Positions 52,740-64,000 of a DNA stretch of 64,000 nt are shown here, piece after piece (within the stretch, counting starts at the first letter, position 1; each line of letters begins with the position of its first letter). The stretch covers positions 806,001-870,000 of the forward strand of contig JANJGN010000140.1 of the NCBI GenBank assembly GCA_026770705.1, given 5' to 3'. Source of the DNA: Isurus oxyrinchus. Its lineage: Eukaryota. The translations under genes were made by a program, and so were the position numbers. The notes beneath the pieces were generated by a model, which did not search any database, was not told the DNA's origin, and saw only the letters and a program-made list of their open reading frames with translations.

Positions 52740-54325
52740 CGGTAAGAAAGGAAACTAAGGAAATGGGCAGTGAAGTTGGACAAATATTTTGGCCTTAACA
52801 AGGCAGTTACTAAAATAACAGAGGCATTGCTTTTAATTTTCCAAACTTCCCAAGATTCTGGAAAGGTCCCATCAGGTGGAAAAAAGAGAATGAGGCTTTT
52901 ATATTAATTAAAGGAAGGAAAAGGAAAGCAAGAAACTACAGGCCAGGTAGCATAACATCTGTCAGAGTGAAAATGCTGGAATCTATTTTTCTCGAGTTTA
53001 TCATGGGTCACTTAGAAAATCCAAATGCAATTATGTAGATCCATCATGATTTTATGAAAGGGGAATCATGTTTGTCTGATTTATCTGAGGCCTTTCGAGG
53101 AAGTAACAAGGAACATGAATAAAGGAGAACCTGTGGATGTGCTGTACTTGGGCTTCCAGAAGGTATTTGACAAAGTGGCACATCAAAGGTTGCTACACAA
53201 ATAATGGTGTTGGCTGTAACATTTCAGCATGGGTAGAAGTTTGGTTAGCTAACAGCAAACAGAGTAGGGATAACTTGGTTATTTTAGGTTGGCAAGAGGT
53301 GACAATTGGAGTGCCACAGGGATCAATGCTGTGGCCTCAACTATTTACAATTTATATCAATCACTTGAATGAAAGGACTGGATGAATTTGCTAAATTTGC
53401 TGATGACACAAAGATAGGAGAGTAAGTGGTGAAGAGGGGATAAAGGCCCAGCAAAGGGACATAAATAGAATAAGTGAGTGGGCAAATAAATGACAGATGC
53501 CATATAATGTGGGAAAATATAAACTTGTCCACTTTGGCAGGAAGAATACAAAAGCAGCATATTATTAAAAGGGAGAGAGATTGCAGAACCCTGAGGTACA
53601 GAGCAATGTGGATCCCTTGGTGCATGAATTACAAAACGTTACAATACAGGAACAGCAAGTAATGAGGAAGGCAAAGGGAATGTTGGCATTTATTACAAGG
53701 GGAATAGAATGCAAAGTAAAGATGTTTTGCTACAGTTTAACAGGGCATCGATGAGGCCTCGTCTGAATTGCTGTGTACAGACTTAGTCTCCTTTAAAAAA
53801 GGATTTAAAAGCATTAGAAGCTGTTCAGAGAACGTTCATTCAAATGATACTGGGGTTGTCGTCGGTTATCTTATGAGGAAAGTATGGATAGGCTGGGCCT
53901 GTATCCACTGGAGTTGAGAAGAATGAGAGCTGATTTTATTGAAACATATAAGATCCTGAGGGGAATTGACAAAGTGGAAGCTGAAAGGATGTTTCCCCTT
54001 GTGAGACAGACTAACGATAGGGAACACAGTTTAAAAATAAGATGTCTCCCGTTTCAGACAGAAATGAGGGGATTTTATTTTTCTCCCAAAGACTTGTGAA
54101 ACTTTGGAACTCTCTTCCCCAGAGAGGGATGGAGGAGGAGTCATTAATATTTCAAGGCAGAGATAGAGAGATTCTTCATTGACAAGGGAGTCAAAGGTTA
54201 GCCGAGAGGAGGCGGGAATGTGGAGTTCACGCCACAATCAGATCAGCTATGAACGGTAGTGAATGGTGGAGGAGGCCCCAGAGGCCGAATGGCTACTACT
54301 GATCCGCATGTTCACATGTACATAC
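52740..54325 (+). mobile_element. CR1-type LINE, decayed, ~1.6 kb
   Basis: NYRP, HDFMKGESCL, GVPQGSML, KFADDTK and RRMRADFIETYKILRG motifs. Confidence 0.92.
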
Positions 54326-54869
54326 GATTGGAACATGTCGTACTAACTGTCACTAGTATTCAAGTTAGGGTTCTATGGTCATTGTATAGGTACCATTACA
54401 AAGGTACTTTCGAAGGGTTGTTGCTGTTCTTTGTTTTGGGGGGGACGTGGAGACGGGAGGGGGCATCAGTTCATTTGAACAGAGCCAATTTCCAAACCAA
54501 TGATATAAATGACGAGACAATTTCTCTATCACCAAGTGCTGTTGATTGAGAAATAAATGGTGCCAAAATAATGGGGAAGATGCTCTGCTCTTCCATTTTA
54601 ATCCATTGAAAGGTACGTCATTCAGATGACATCAAAATGTTCTCTTTTAGTAATGGGATAGAGGCAGAAAAAGAGGTGTGGGTTTCTAAAGAGGGAACCG
54701 ACAAGTGAGGGTCACCAAATGATGGAAATAAATGATCAAATGTGGATGTGGGTTTTAGTTGGAATATATTTGGATATGTTTATAGTTACAGTCTAATTTC
54801 GAGTTGTTTGGTTACTTAATGATCACAAATCACAGAGTCTAACTTGTTCGATCGGCCATTCTTTCCCAG

Positions 54870-55169
54870 CGACACCGTCTTCGCCCACTCTCTACAGCCT
54901 GGTCTCCTCCTGTCAGCAACACAACACCGACAGCTCCATCACCTACGGCTGTTTGGCGATGGACTACTCCCCAGAAATCACCAGCTTGACCTGGAAGAAA
55001 GATGGGCAGCAGATCACCACTGGATTTAAGACTTACCCATCGGTGAGAAATCAGAAGGGAACCTACACCATGAGCAGCCAGTTAACCATCGCCGAGTCAG
55101 AGGGGGATTGCAGCAAAATCAAGTGTGAGGTTCGACACAGCGGCTCAGACAAGAGCATTGAAATGCAAT
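54870..55169 (+). CDS. IGHM: IgM constant exon Cmu1
   Basis: Acceptor [23 protein letters not shown]...[10 protein letters not shown]...W...CEVRH, donor T|GTAAGT, 300 nt. Confidence 0.96.
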
Positions 55170-55382
55170 GTAAGTGTTGGGGAACCTGTGAGAAACAGAA
55201 AGGCTGTGATTGACCTGTATAGGGCCTTGGTTATAACGCATTTATAGTGTTCTGCATAGTTCTGATCCCTGGAAATTCCAGGTTAGTGTCCATTGACTGC
55301 AAAGAGCCTGTTAAATATAAGAACTCATTGTATCTGTTATCAATTTCTTCTGCAAGAAATGACTAACCTGTGTTTTCTGAAG

Positions 55383-55697
55383 GTCCTCGTCCTGACTTAC
55401 CTCCAACTGTTCTCCTCACCGTGAGTTCCAGGGAAGAAATCACAACCAACAAATTTGCAACCGCCGTCTGTTCAATCATCGATTTCCGTCCGAAGTCAAT
55501 CACCGTGAAGTGGCTAAAAAATGGACAATCCATAAATTCAGGAATTATCACCTCTCCCGCCTTTGAAATGAACGGGAACTTCTCGGCGACCAGTCGGCTG
55601 AAAGTCTCCGCTGGGGAATGGTTCAGCGATGCAGTCTATACCTGTCAGGTCACTCACCAAGGGGTCACCCAAAGTCGAAACGCCACCAAGTGTGAGG
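55383..55697 (+). CDS. IGHM: IgM constant exon Cmu2
   Basis: C1-set domain ([19 protein letters not shown]...YTCQVTH), donor G|GTAAGA, 315 nt. Confidence 0.96.
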
Positions 55698-56321
55698 GTA
55701 AGAAATACAAACCGAGGAAGCAATAGATCATTCTGCACTCCGATGTTAATCAAATCAGGAATTTATTGGAGTTAGTAGAAAGCACGAAACAACTTCTAAT
55801 TTACTATCATATAGTTGGTGTTTCATTCTGATGTAAGTGCTGCATTCGGATTGTTCACCATTCAGGATTTTATCACATCACGTCTCTGCATTGACGTCAT
55901 AGAGTGAGTGAGGGGGACTTGATATCAGCTTTACCTTGAGTCAGCTGATCATATTTGGAGAGGCAGAAGGTGTCTGGAACCCTTCACTGGTAACAGCTTC
56001 GAGATAAAGTGTTGGAAAGTGCACCCACCCTTTTTATAAAAGAGCTTTCAATCCTGCATTCCAGGGCCCAGGAATGATACATTTGTATTGGGACTGGGGC
56101 AACGCAGATTTATGAGAATATTACCGGGGTTGAACGACTTAAATTATGAGAACAATTTACACAGACCAAGCTGTTTTTCCATTGTGTAAAGAAGATTAAA
56201 AACGATAGTTAGAGGTTGATATGTCCAAGGTGATTTATTCTCCTTCAGGGAGTGAAGGCTGAATACTACTGTGCTGATTCTGAAGGTGAAACTTTGGTTG
56301 ATTTTCATTTCTGTCTCACAG

Positions 56322-56633
56322 ATGATTCCCACTGCCACAACGATCCCACAATTACTCTATTGCCACCTCCAATAGAACAAGTCTTACTGGAAGCGACCGT
56401 GACCTTAACCTGCATCGTTTCTAATGCTCCTTATGGAGTCCTCGTGTCTTGGACCGAGGAGAAGAAGCCTTTGAAATCAGAAATCGCCGTCCAACCAGGA
56501 GAGGATCCCGACAGCGTGGTCAGCAACGTAAACATCTCGACACAAGCCTGGCTGAGTGGGGCTGAGTTCTACTGCGTGGTGAGCCATCAGGATCTGCCGA
56601 CTCCTTTAAGAAGTTCCATCCACAAGGAACAAG
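56322..56633 (+). CDS. IGHM: IgM constant exon Cmu3
   Basis: Acceptor [27 protein letters not shown]...[13 protein letters not shown], donor G|GTGAGC, 312 nt. Confidence 0.96.
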
Positions 56634-57019
56634 GTGAGCGGTGAGATTGAAACAATAAGTTGTTCGATGTGTCTATTTCCAGTGTAAGTGTAAGGATCAA
56701 TATTTACTATTCATTGTATTCATGGTCCACTCTGATTAGCAATTTCGCCAACTAAATGCCCTGGGCCTGTGGACTTTCAGGGGGAAATTGATAAGGAGAT
56801 GAATGAAAAATGAATTGAAGGCTGTGCCATTGGGTTTAGATGAAGCAAGATGGGAGGAGTCTGGTGCGAAGCTAAAACACCAACATGGACCAGTTGGGCA
56901 GAAAGGCCTGTTTCTGTGCTGTAAACTTTTAGAAACTTTCTCGTCCAACCCCAGGGAAAAGGATTGTGCCACCTTTGCTCCGAGCTGGAAAGCCGGACAG
57001 ATCCCAAAGTATTTTATTT

Positions 57020-57212
57020 ATTAATTCATGGGATGTGGGTGTCGCTGGCTGGGCCAGAGTTATTGCCCATCCCTAATTGCCCTGGACAAGGTGGTGGTGA
57101 GCTGCCTTCTTGAACCGCTGTAGTCCATGTGGTGTAGATACACCCAGAGTGCTGTTAGGGAGGGAGTTCCAGGATTTTTATTCAGCTATAGTGAAGAATC
57201 GATGATATATTT
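57020..57212 (-). mobile_element. HE1/HER1 3'-tail fragment in the Cmu3-Cmu4 intron
   Basis: GGGATGTGGGTGTCGCTGGCTGGGCCAG..TATTGCCCATCCCTAATTGCCC. Confidence 0.75.
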
Positions 57213-57337
57213 CCTAGAAGTGGATAATGAAAAACCTTAACATTCATCACAAAACACGTTTCTCTCACATCTAACCAGCCGTTTCATTGTCTACGAAAGT
57301 ATGCAGCTTATTGACATTTATTGTACATTTTCTGCAG

Positions 57338-57729
57338 TTAAAGACCCGCGGGAACCGTCCGTGTCTGTCCTCCTGCCCTCAGCAGAAGATGTCTCCGCTC
57401 AGAGGTCCGTCTCCCTCAGCTGCTTAGTGAGAGGTTTCTCCCCCCGAGAGATCTTCGTCAAGTGGACCGTCAATGACAAGCCGGTGGCTCCTGGAAACTA
57501 CAAGAACACCGAGGTAGTGGCAGAGAACGGCAATCGCTCCTTCTTCATGTACAGCCTGTTATCCATTGCAGCGGAGGAGTGGGCCAGCGGCGCTTCTTAC
57601 TCCTGTGTGGTGGGACATGAAGCAATCCCCTTGAAGATCATCAACAGAACGGTTGATAAATCCAGCGGTAAACCGAGTTTTGTGAACATTTCCCTTGCAC
57701 TGATGGACACCGTTAATTCATGTCAATGA
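57338..57729 (+). CDS. IGHM: IgM Cmu4 + secretory tailpiece
   Basis: Acceptor [26 protein letters not shown]...YSCVVGHE. Tail [20 protein letters not shown] carries an N-glycan site and penultimate Cys. Internal donor G|GTAAA after 57667 for the membrane form. Confidence 0.97.
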
Positions 57730-57756
57730 GAATCTCTCGGTTCCATTTCAAACTTC

Positions 57757-57772
57757 AATAAAAAATAATAAA
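57757..57772 (+). terminator. Secretory-form poly(A) signals
   Basis: AATAAA at 57757 and 57767, with T/GT-rich sequence downstream. Confidence 0.85.
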
Positions 57773-58149
57773 GTCCTTTTCTCCAATCGTGATTTAAATA
57801 CACAATCGTTTACTTAATGTTGTTTTCCACTTTTGATCATTTTAGACATGTTTTGTTAAAATCGGATACTCACAGGGCTCAGACCCATGTCTTGTACATC
57901 CAATGCCCCCAGCTCAGATACACCCTGGGTTAGAGACAGTGTAAAGCTCATTCATTACAGGATTTTGCAAAATAACTTCACCAGCTCTCCTCCCGCTGAG
58001 GAGAACTCTGACAATTTCTCATTTCCGATAAACAAACACAGCACATTTAGATCTCGGTGCTCCTGCTTCTCTTGTCATCCATCTCTTTAAAATGGATGTC
58101 AGCCTTAAGCTTCTGCACCACACCCACTGGGAACTGAAATGAGGGTCAC

Positions 58150-58700
58150 ACAGAAATATGTCCCAACAATCCCCCATCAGAGAGAGGGGGAAGGGAAATT
58201 GTTACCTCACTGCACCTCCACCTCCCCAACAGAGAGAGGGGAGTGGAAATTGCTAACCCACCATCCCCCGACTTCTCCAACAGAGAAAGGGGAGGGGAAA
58301 TTGTTAACCCAATGTACCACCACTTCCCCAACAGAGAGAGGGGGAGGGGACATTGTTAAACCACTGCACCTTCACTTCCACAACAGCAGGTAGGGGGGGG
58401 GGGGGAATTGTTTAACCACTGTACCCCCACTTTCCCAACAGAGAGAGGGGAAGGCAAACTGGTAACCCACTGTACCTCCACTTACCCGGCAGAGAAAACT
58501 GAAAGGAAAATTTTAATTCAATTTTACCTCCACTTGCTAAACAAAAAGATGAGGAAGGTCATTGGTTAACCCGGTGTGTCTCCACCTTCTCAGCAGAGAG
58601 AACTGAAAGGGAAATTGCTTAGACAACCAGACAGAACAAAACTATTAACTCACTGGACCCTCAGTCCCTGAGCAGAGAATCTGGAAGGGAATGGATCTCT
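58150..58700. repeat. ~51-bp minisatellite between the secretory tail and TM1
   Basis: CACTGTACCTCCACTTCCCCAACAGAGAGAGGGGAGGGGAAATTGTTAACC-type units at 58208, 58259 and 58310. Confidence 0.85.
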
Positions 58701-59099
58701 ACTATAAGGACTCAGTTACCAACAGTCCAAGTCAACTTCTAGCTTACTGGCCACAGATTTTAAACTCCCATCATGCTTAGGACGTTGTAAAAACATCTAT
58801 TTATGCAACATAACTTGAAGATGTTTTAACACTCTTGTCCCTGTTAAGCTTATGCTAAGATTGATTTCCCATCATCCGAATCTAAACTGGTGTTTGAATC
58901 CTTCCTGGGTTGTTCAAGGTTCTGTCCCTGAACTTTTATGAGGCATATGGTTGATTGTTTGCATTCGTTCACCTGATATCACCTTGCATCTCACAGAAAA
59001 CATGTTTATACACAGTATATTGAAAATATTCACCAAATTTTTCACCGTCAAGATCAGACTCGATCATTGGTACCTGGTGAAATTTGGAAAAATAGTAAA

Positions 59100-59834
59100 A
59101 ATACACACAGCTGACACAAATTGACAGACACAAACACGTGTATACACACACACATAGGCACAGACACACAGACACAAACACACACAGGTACAAGCAGACA
59201 CATGTACACCCACACATGCGCACCCACACAAACACAGGCAGAAACACATAGATAAATATACACACATGTGCACGCAATCACAAACGCATGGACACAGACG
59301 CACAAACATACACAGACACACACATACACACATAAACAAATACACACGCACAATCACACACATTCACAAATACACACACATAATCACACATACAGAAATA
59401 CACACACAGACACACTCGCTCACACACATGTACACAATCACACACACATAAACAGATAAAACCAGACAAGCAGACTCATACAAGGATACAAAGTACAAAT
59501 GTAAGTTTTAGCATATGCATTATCACACGTTCACAATGACAGAAATACAGACAGAAAGACACACACTATCGTACACATTAAACAATGCATGGGCATACAT
59601 GAACACATGCACACAAATGAGCAGACGACACCCAGATGCAAAAACACAGAGGAACTGACTAACAGATTCACAAACACCCATGTGGACACAAGCATGAACA
59701 TACTCATACACACTAGAACACAAAAAACACACGTTGGTACATATGAAAACATAAACACGCATTGATACATAGTTCTAAATATCGATCAACACGCAAATGC
59801 ACACATTAAAAACTCTATCTCTCTCTCGCTGTAT

Positions 59835-59905
<71 letters not shown>

Positions 59906-60260
59906 ACACACAGACGCTGTGACACAGGCATTAATATGCTGACACACAGTGGAACACAAAAAGAAACATTAGCACTCATATTAACAGCCGGAACGCGTAA
60001 ACATACATTAACACAGACATTAATAAGTCAACATAGACAACAATACACAAACATGCACAATATCACACTCATACATACACTTTGGCAGAAAAACCAAATA
60101 TACGTACAGACGCAGACACAAAAATACACAAATCAGCACTCATTGGCACATGAACACACACATTAACACACATGCACACCTATGGACACACAAACAACCA
60201 GTAATGCAAAGTGCGAGATACTCATGCAGACACACACAAAAGCTAAAGCACAACACAGAG
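59100..60260. repeat. CA-rich tract including near-perfect (CA)n at ~59838-59912
   Basis: Direct inspection. Confidence 0.9.
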
Positions 60261-60798
60261 GCCAGGCTATTGAAGAAAGTATAATTCAAATGTACTTTTT
60301 TAACGGGCATATCCTCCGGCAATTGTCTCTATTACATAATAGCCCGATAAACACACTGAAACAATGCTCTTACTGAGAAACTGATTTAAATTAATGATGC
60401 ACCAAATATTCCCATCACAAAATAGACAAACAAGATGGGAACTCACATCCGAGATTTTAAAAAGCAACGTTCACAGTTTCCAAATAAGTAGCTCAGTGAA
60501 TCTCTCCCAATACCCATCATAATATTCTCCAATAATAGATCATACGAAATTGTTGGAGAATAACCTGAAACTGGAGAAAAGTTGTCACATTTTCCGACAT
60601 GGACTGTACAAAGATTGTAAAGAGAGAAGAGCTGTGGAGATAGTTACAGAGATGGGTTACTGAGTGTCACTTAATAGTAGATATACATTGAACATTGAAT
60701 ACATTAATAACTTATGACAGAGTAAAGGAAATATTTAAAAAATGATACCCTAGATTAGTAAACAATCTAATTATATTTCCTCGGCTATATCCTCGTAG

Positions 60799-60926
60799 AT
60801 TCCACAGACCGCATCTGGATTGAAGACTCTGAGGATGATAACGGCAACATCTGGACAACCGCTTCCACATTCATCATTCTGTTCTTCCTGAGCATTTTCT
60901 ACAGCACTGCCGTCACTCTGGCGAAG
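60799..60926 (+). CDS. IGHM: IgM transmembrane exon TM1
   Basis: DSTDRIWIEDSEDDNGNIWTTASTFIILFFLSIFYSTAVTLAK: acidic spacer plus CART motif, donor AAG|GTGAGA. Found by reading; not in the ORF track. Confidence 0.95.
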
Positions 60927-61064
60927 GTGAGAAGATTCAATCCACTCACACTTCAAACTGACAGAAGCGGTTTGAAAAATCTCTCAATGTTTCATTGATT
61001 AGAACTCTAACATAAGTGTCCCAGATTATAAACATCTGCTTCATTATTTCATCCTCTTTTACAG

Positions 61065-61073
61065 ATCAAGTGA
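61065..61073 (+). CDS. IGHM: IgM TM2 exon coding part (IK*)
   Basis: Acceptor CTCTTTTACAG then ATC AAG TGA, giving cytoplasmic tail K-I-K. Confidence 0.9.
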   Translation: MK

Positions 61074-61487
61074 CCGGTTGAATTTTGGACACCGTAGATT
61101 TTCCTCAGCTCTTTATTGAGATCTCTGTATTCCGAATTTAAAATATATCCTCTCGGTGACTGTAAAAATGAAATATCTTCAGTTTATGTTTCCGAATTTG
61201 TAACTGAGACAATCATGGACGGTACTTCTGTTTCTTTGTTTCAAACTTGCGAGATAATTATGATTCATTGCAACAGCAGCTTATAATTTCCCAGTAGTTT
61301 GAATTCCCTGTGTAAATAAGTAACTTTTCTCATTTTTCATTCACAAGTAATCCCTTCCCTTTATATTGAACTCCTGTTTTCTCTTTCTGGTCTCTGTTAA
61401 GTTGTACACACGGTTGGCAGCTCAGAGCGAATGTGCTCTGTTCTCAATGTGACTCTCAGTCATTATATTCACTTCAGTTAACTTTAA

Positions 61488-61529
61488 AATAAACTTTTCT
61501 GTAAAATGTTCCCTGAAATTGTTAATAAA
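61488..61529 (+). terminator. Membrane-form poly(A) signals
   Basis: AATAAA at 61488 and 61524. Confidence 0.75.
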
Positions 61530-61662
61530 TCATGAATGTGAAACGAACTGACTTTGCCGAGCTCCTTTCTCTCAGACCCATCGACATCGCTCCATTTTCC
61601 CTATTACACTGTTTTAGCCCTTTTCCCAGGCAGGCATTTTTAACCAGTCTTGTCTGGGATGT

Positions 61663-61765
61663 GAAACAAAAACAGAAAATGCTGGAAAAACTCAGCAGGT
61701 CTTACAGCATCTGTGGAGACAAAAAAACAGAACGTTTCGAGTCCTCATGACTCTTCTTCAGAGCC
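61663..61765 (-). mobile_element. Penelope terminus fragment with hammerhead-like core
   Basis: Minus strand CTGAAGA-A-GAGTC-ATGAG-GACTC-GAAACGTT...CTCCACAGATGCTG...TTTTTCCAGCATTTTCTGTTTT. Confidence 0.75.
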
Positions 61766-62079
61766 CAAGGTCCTTCAGTGAAAGAGTCAGAGCGCCACCC
61801 AGCGACCCGTCGGTGTTAATACACCTTTACCTCTGCCTTTTTATGCCAAACCCCAGAGGCAGAATGATTGCACAGCGAGGAGAGCCTCGGTGATTTCACT
61901 CATACTCAGGCCTGTCACAGTCACTTCAGGTAATAGTAAACAGCAGGGATCTGCTTCATCAGATGCCCATACAGGACAGCATATGGAGGACTAAAGTTTC
62001 CTTTACACTGTCCCGTTAAACATTCCCAGGGTCCGTTTAGCAGGGGTAAGGTAGGGAGTAAAAGTTTTTTTCCTCTTTA

Positions 62080-62520
62080 TCCTTTCATGAGATGTGGGTG
62101 TCGCTGGCAAGGCCGCCCCGAACAGCCCGGCTTCCGAGGCCAATTCAGAGGGCAGTTAAGTCACATTGCTGTGGACCTGGAATCACATGTCGGCCAGGCC
62201 GGATAAAGATGGCAGATTTCCTTCACTAAAGGATATTAGTGCAGTAGATGGATTTTTTTACGACAATCGGTGATAGTTGCCATGGTCACCATTACCGAGG
62301 CCAGCTTTCATTCCCAGATTTTATGAATTGAATTCAAATCCCAGCAGCTGCCATGTTGGGATATGAACCCGTACCGCCAGAGCATTCGCCTGGACTCTCT
62401 CTACCTTGTCCAATTAAACACTCACAAGGCAGAGACATCACAGTCCATCTTCTCAAGGCAATTAGGGATGTGCAATAAATGCTGGCCCAGACAGCCACGC
62501 CCACATCGCATAAATGAATA
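62080..62520. mobile_element. HE1-type SINE (minus) plus adjacent plus-strand tail
   Basis: GGCAGATTTCCTTCACTAAAGGA, TTGAATTCAAAT and GAACCC on the + strand. AATTAGGGATG..AATAAATGCTGGCC tail at 62460. Confidence 0.75.
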
Positions 62521-62729
62521 ACAAAAAGTACACATATAAGACAGAAGAAACAGCTGACACAAACCCAAGAATGACTCCCAGAAGCTGGGGCCGCTCTGAC
62601 AAAGACACGTTATCAAGCAGTAATCCTGCAAATTATTACCACAGTTTGGGGTTTATCAGGATCACCAGTGAGTACAAATCGTGGAAATTCTCAGAACCTG
62701 CGGCCTGCCTGACGCAACAAACAACTGAT

Positions 62730-62916
62730 CTCACTCAACATCACCACAGGGATCCTCTCTCGCTGCTCCATTCTCTCTGATATCATCCTCCTGAACTCAC
62801 TGAACATCACCCCAGGGATCCTCTCTCCCTGCTCCATTCCTGCTGATACCATCCTCCTGAACTCACTGAATATCACCTCAGGGATCCTCTCTCCCTGCTC
62901 CATTCCCTCTGATACC
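62730..62916. repeat. 66-bp tandem repeat (~2.8 copies)
   Basis: CAGGGATCCTCTCT at 62747, 62813 and 62879. Confidence 0.9.
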
Positions 62917-63539
62917 AGCTCTGATGTGAAGCTTCAACTCTCACTCCACTGATTCGCCACTGCGTTTTCAGTTTTTAACCAATAATATAAACTCTCTGTT
63001 TAAGCAGTGTGGACATGAGCAAAGAACCCTCATTCCCACACAAGGCCGCGGCAGTGACTGTGCTGAATCCTGTCCACTCGGACACCAGGGGCATTATCAC
63101 TGTGCTTTAATCAACCAGAAATTGAACGCGAGCCATGGCAGTAGAAAAGTTCCGAACCCGAGCCATGAGGCCGGCAGGGGGGTTACCCCTGCAGTTTGAT
63201 AAACAATACCTTTGCCTTTTTTTTTTCATTTTAAACCACTTTCTCCAGAGGAAAAATGACCTATTCAACCAATTAAGACAACCATTGCCATTGGCTAGAA
63301 CATGAAATTGACAGGTTGGTGAAATAGTGCCAAAAGCTGTGAAATGCAAAATTCAATTTCCAAAACCCACCAATCAAATCACTGCGGTTCCTGCAAACCT
63401 TTTAAGGCAGGACACGGCAGATATTCATGATGGAAAATAATTGAGCAACGTAAAATTCTTCCACTTTCATGTCATATTTTTTAATTCTTAATCTCCAACT
63501 CGGACATTTCCAGTTCTATTTAATGCCCACGTGGAGCTT

Positions 63540-64000
63540 TAACTCTGTTTCCAGACAATATGACTTCTTCAGAACTGAAGGGAAGTAGAAATGTGATGGG
63601 TTTTATGCTACTGCCGAGGGTGGGTGGAGCAGATGGAGCAAAATAGAAGGTCAGGGATAGGTTGGAGGTCAGGAGGGATTCAATGACAAAGATGTCATGG
63701 AACACAAGTCAAGGGAAATGTTTATGATACCATCAAAGACTAAAGCATGTGTTAATATCTAAACAAAGGTCAGCACTGACTGGAAGCAAAATAGTAGGAT
63801 GTGTTAATAGCAGAAAAAGGGTCAGCGCTGTCTGAAATCAAAACATGAGAACAAGATGTAGACTGGAACTTGGGGGGTTGGGGGCTGCAGGGAAATTAAA
63901 ATGGAGGACAGAGTTCATAATGTGAACTTGTTGACCTCAATGTTGAGTCCAGAAGGCTGTAGAGTGCCTTATGAGAAGATGAGGTGCTGTTCCTCCAGTT
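63540..64000 (-). mobile_element. Penelope-like element 3' part, runs off the window
   Basis: Minus strand (K)LEEQHLIFS*GTLQPSGLNIE (end of the GIY-YIG ORF) and a degenerate CTGAAGA...GAAAC terminus. Confidence 0.8.

Noticed and set aside
60523-60562. 14-bp hairpin upstream of TM1
   Set aside because: AT-rich, single and without other support.

Overview
Eukaryotic, repeat-rich DNA from a cartilaginous fish (shark-like). The species cannot be fixed from sequence alone. The window holds one complete, unrearranged IgM heavy-chain cluster on the + strand: TATA/GC-box promoter (~43.5 kb), leader, VH, D1, D2, JH with 23 | 12-22 | 12-12 | 23 RSSs, a 9.45-kb J-C intron, Cmu1-Cmu4 with secretory tail, and TM1/TM2 exons. 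All splice phases are compatible and I found no stops. The ~43 kb upstream contains no recognisable gene. It is dominated by a 27/54-bp satellite (main array ~13.5 kb, internally duplicated) plus CR1-type LINEs, an RTE LINE, HE1- and Deu-type SINEs and Penelope-like elements. Most interesting observations: (1) a 1.3-kb G-rich, RGYW-dense repeat on the non-template strand of the J-C intron, resembling a switch region in a lineage described as lacking one; (2) minimal hammerhead-ribozyme motifs in Penelope termini, one with an intact core just past the membrane poly(A) sites; (3) an ETS/RUNX/IRF/E-box cluster bracketed by an old inverted repeat 30 kb upstream; (4) candidate CTCF sites bounding the cluster; (5) an extra FR3 cysteine in VH; (6) a nested heptamer in the D1 3' RSS. 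Repeat boundaries are approximate and family names come from recall, not from a search.
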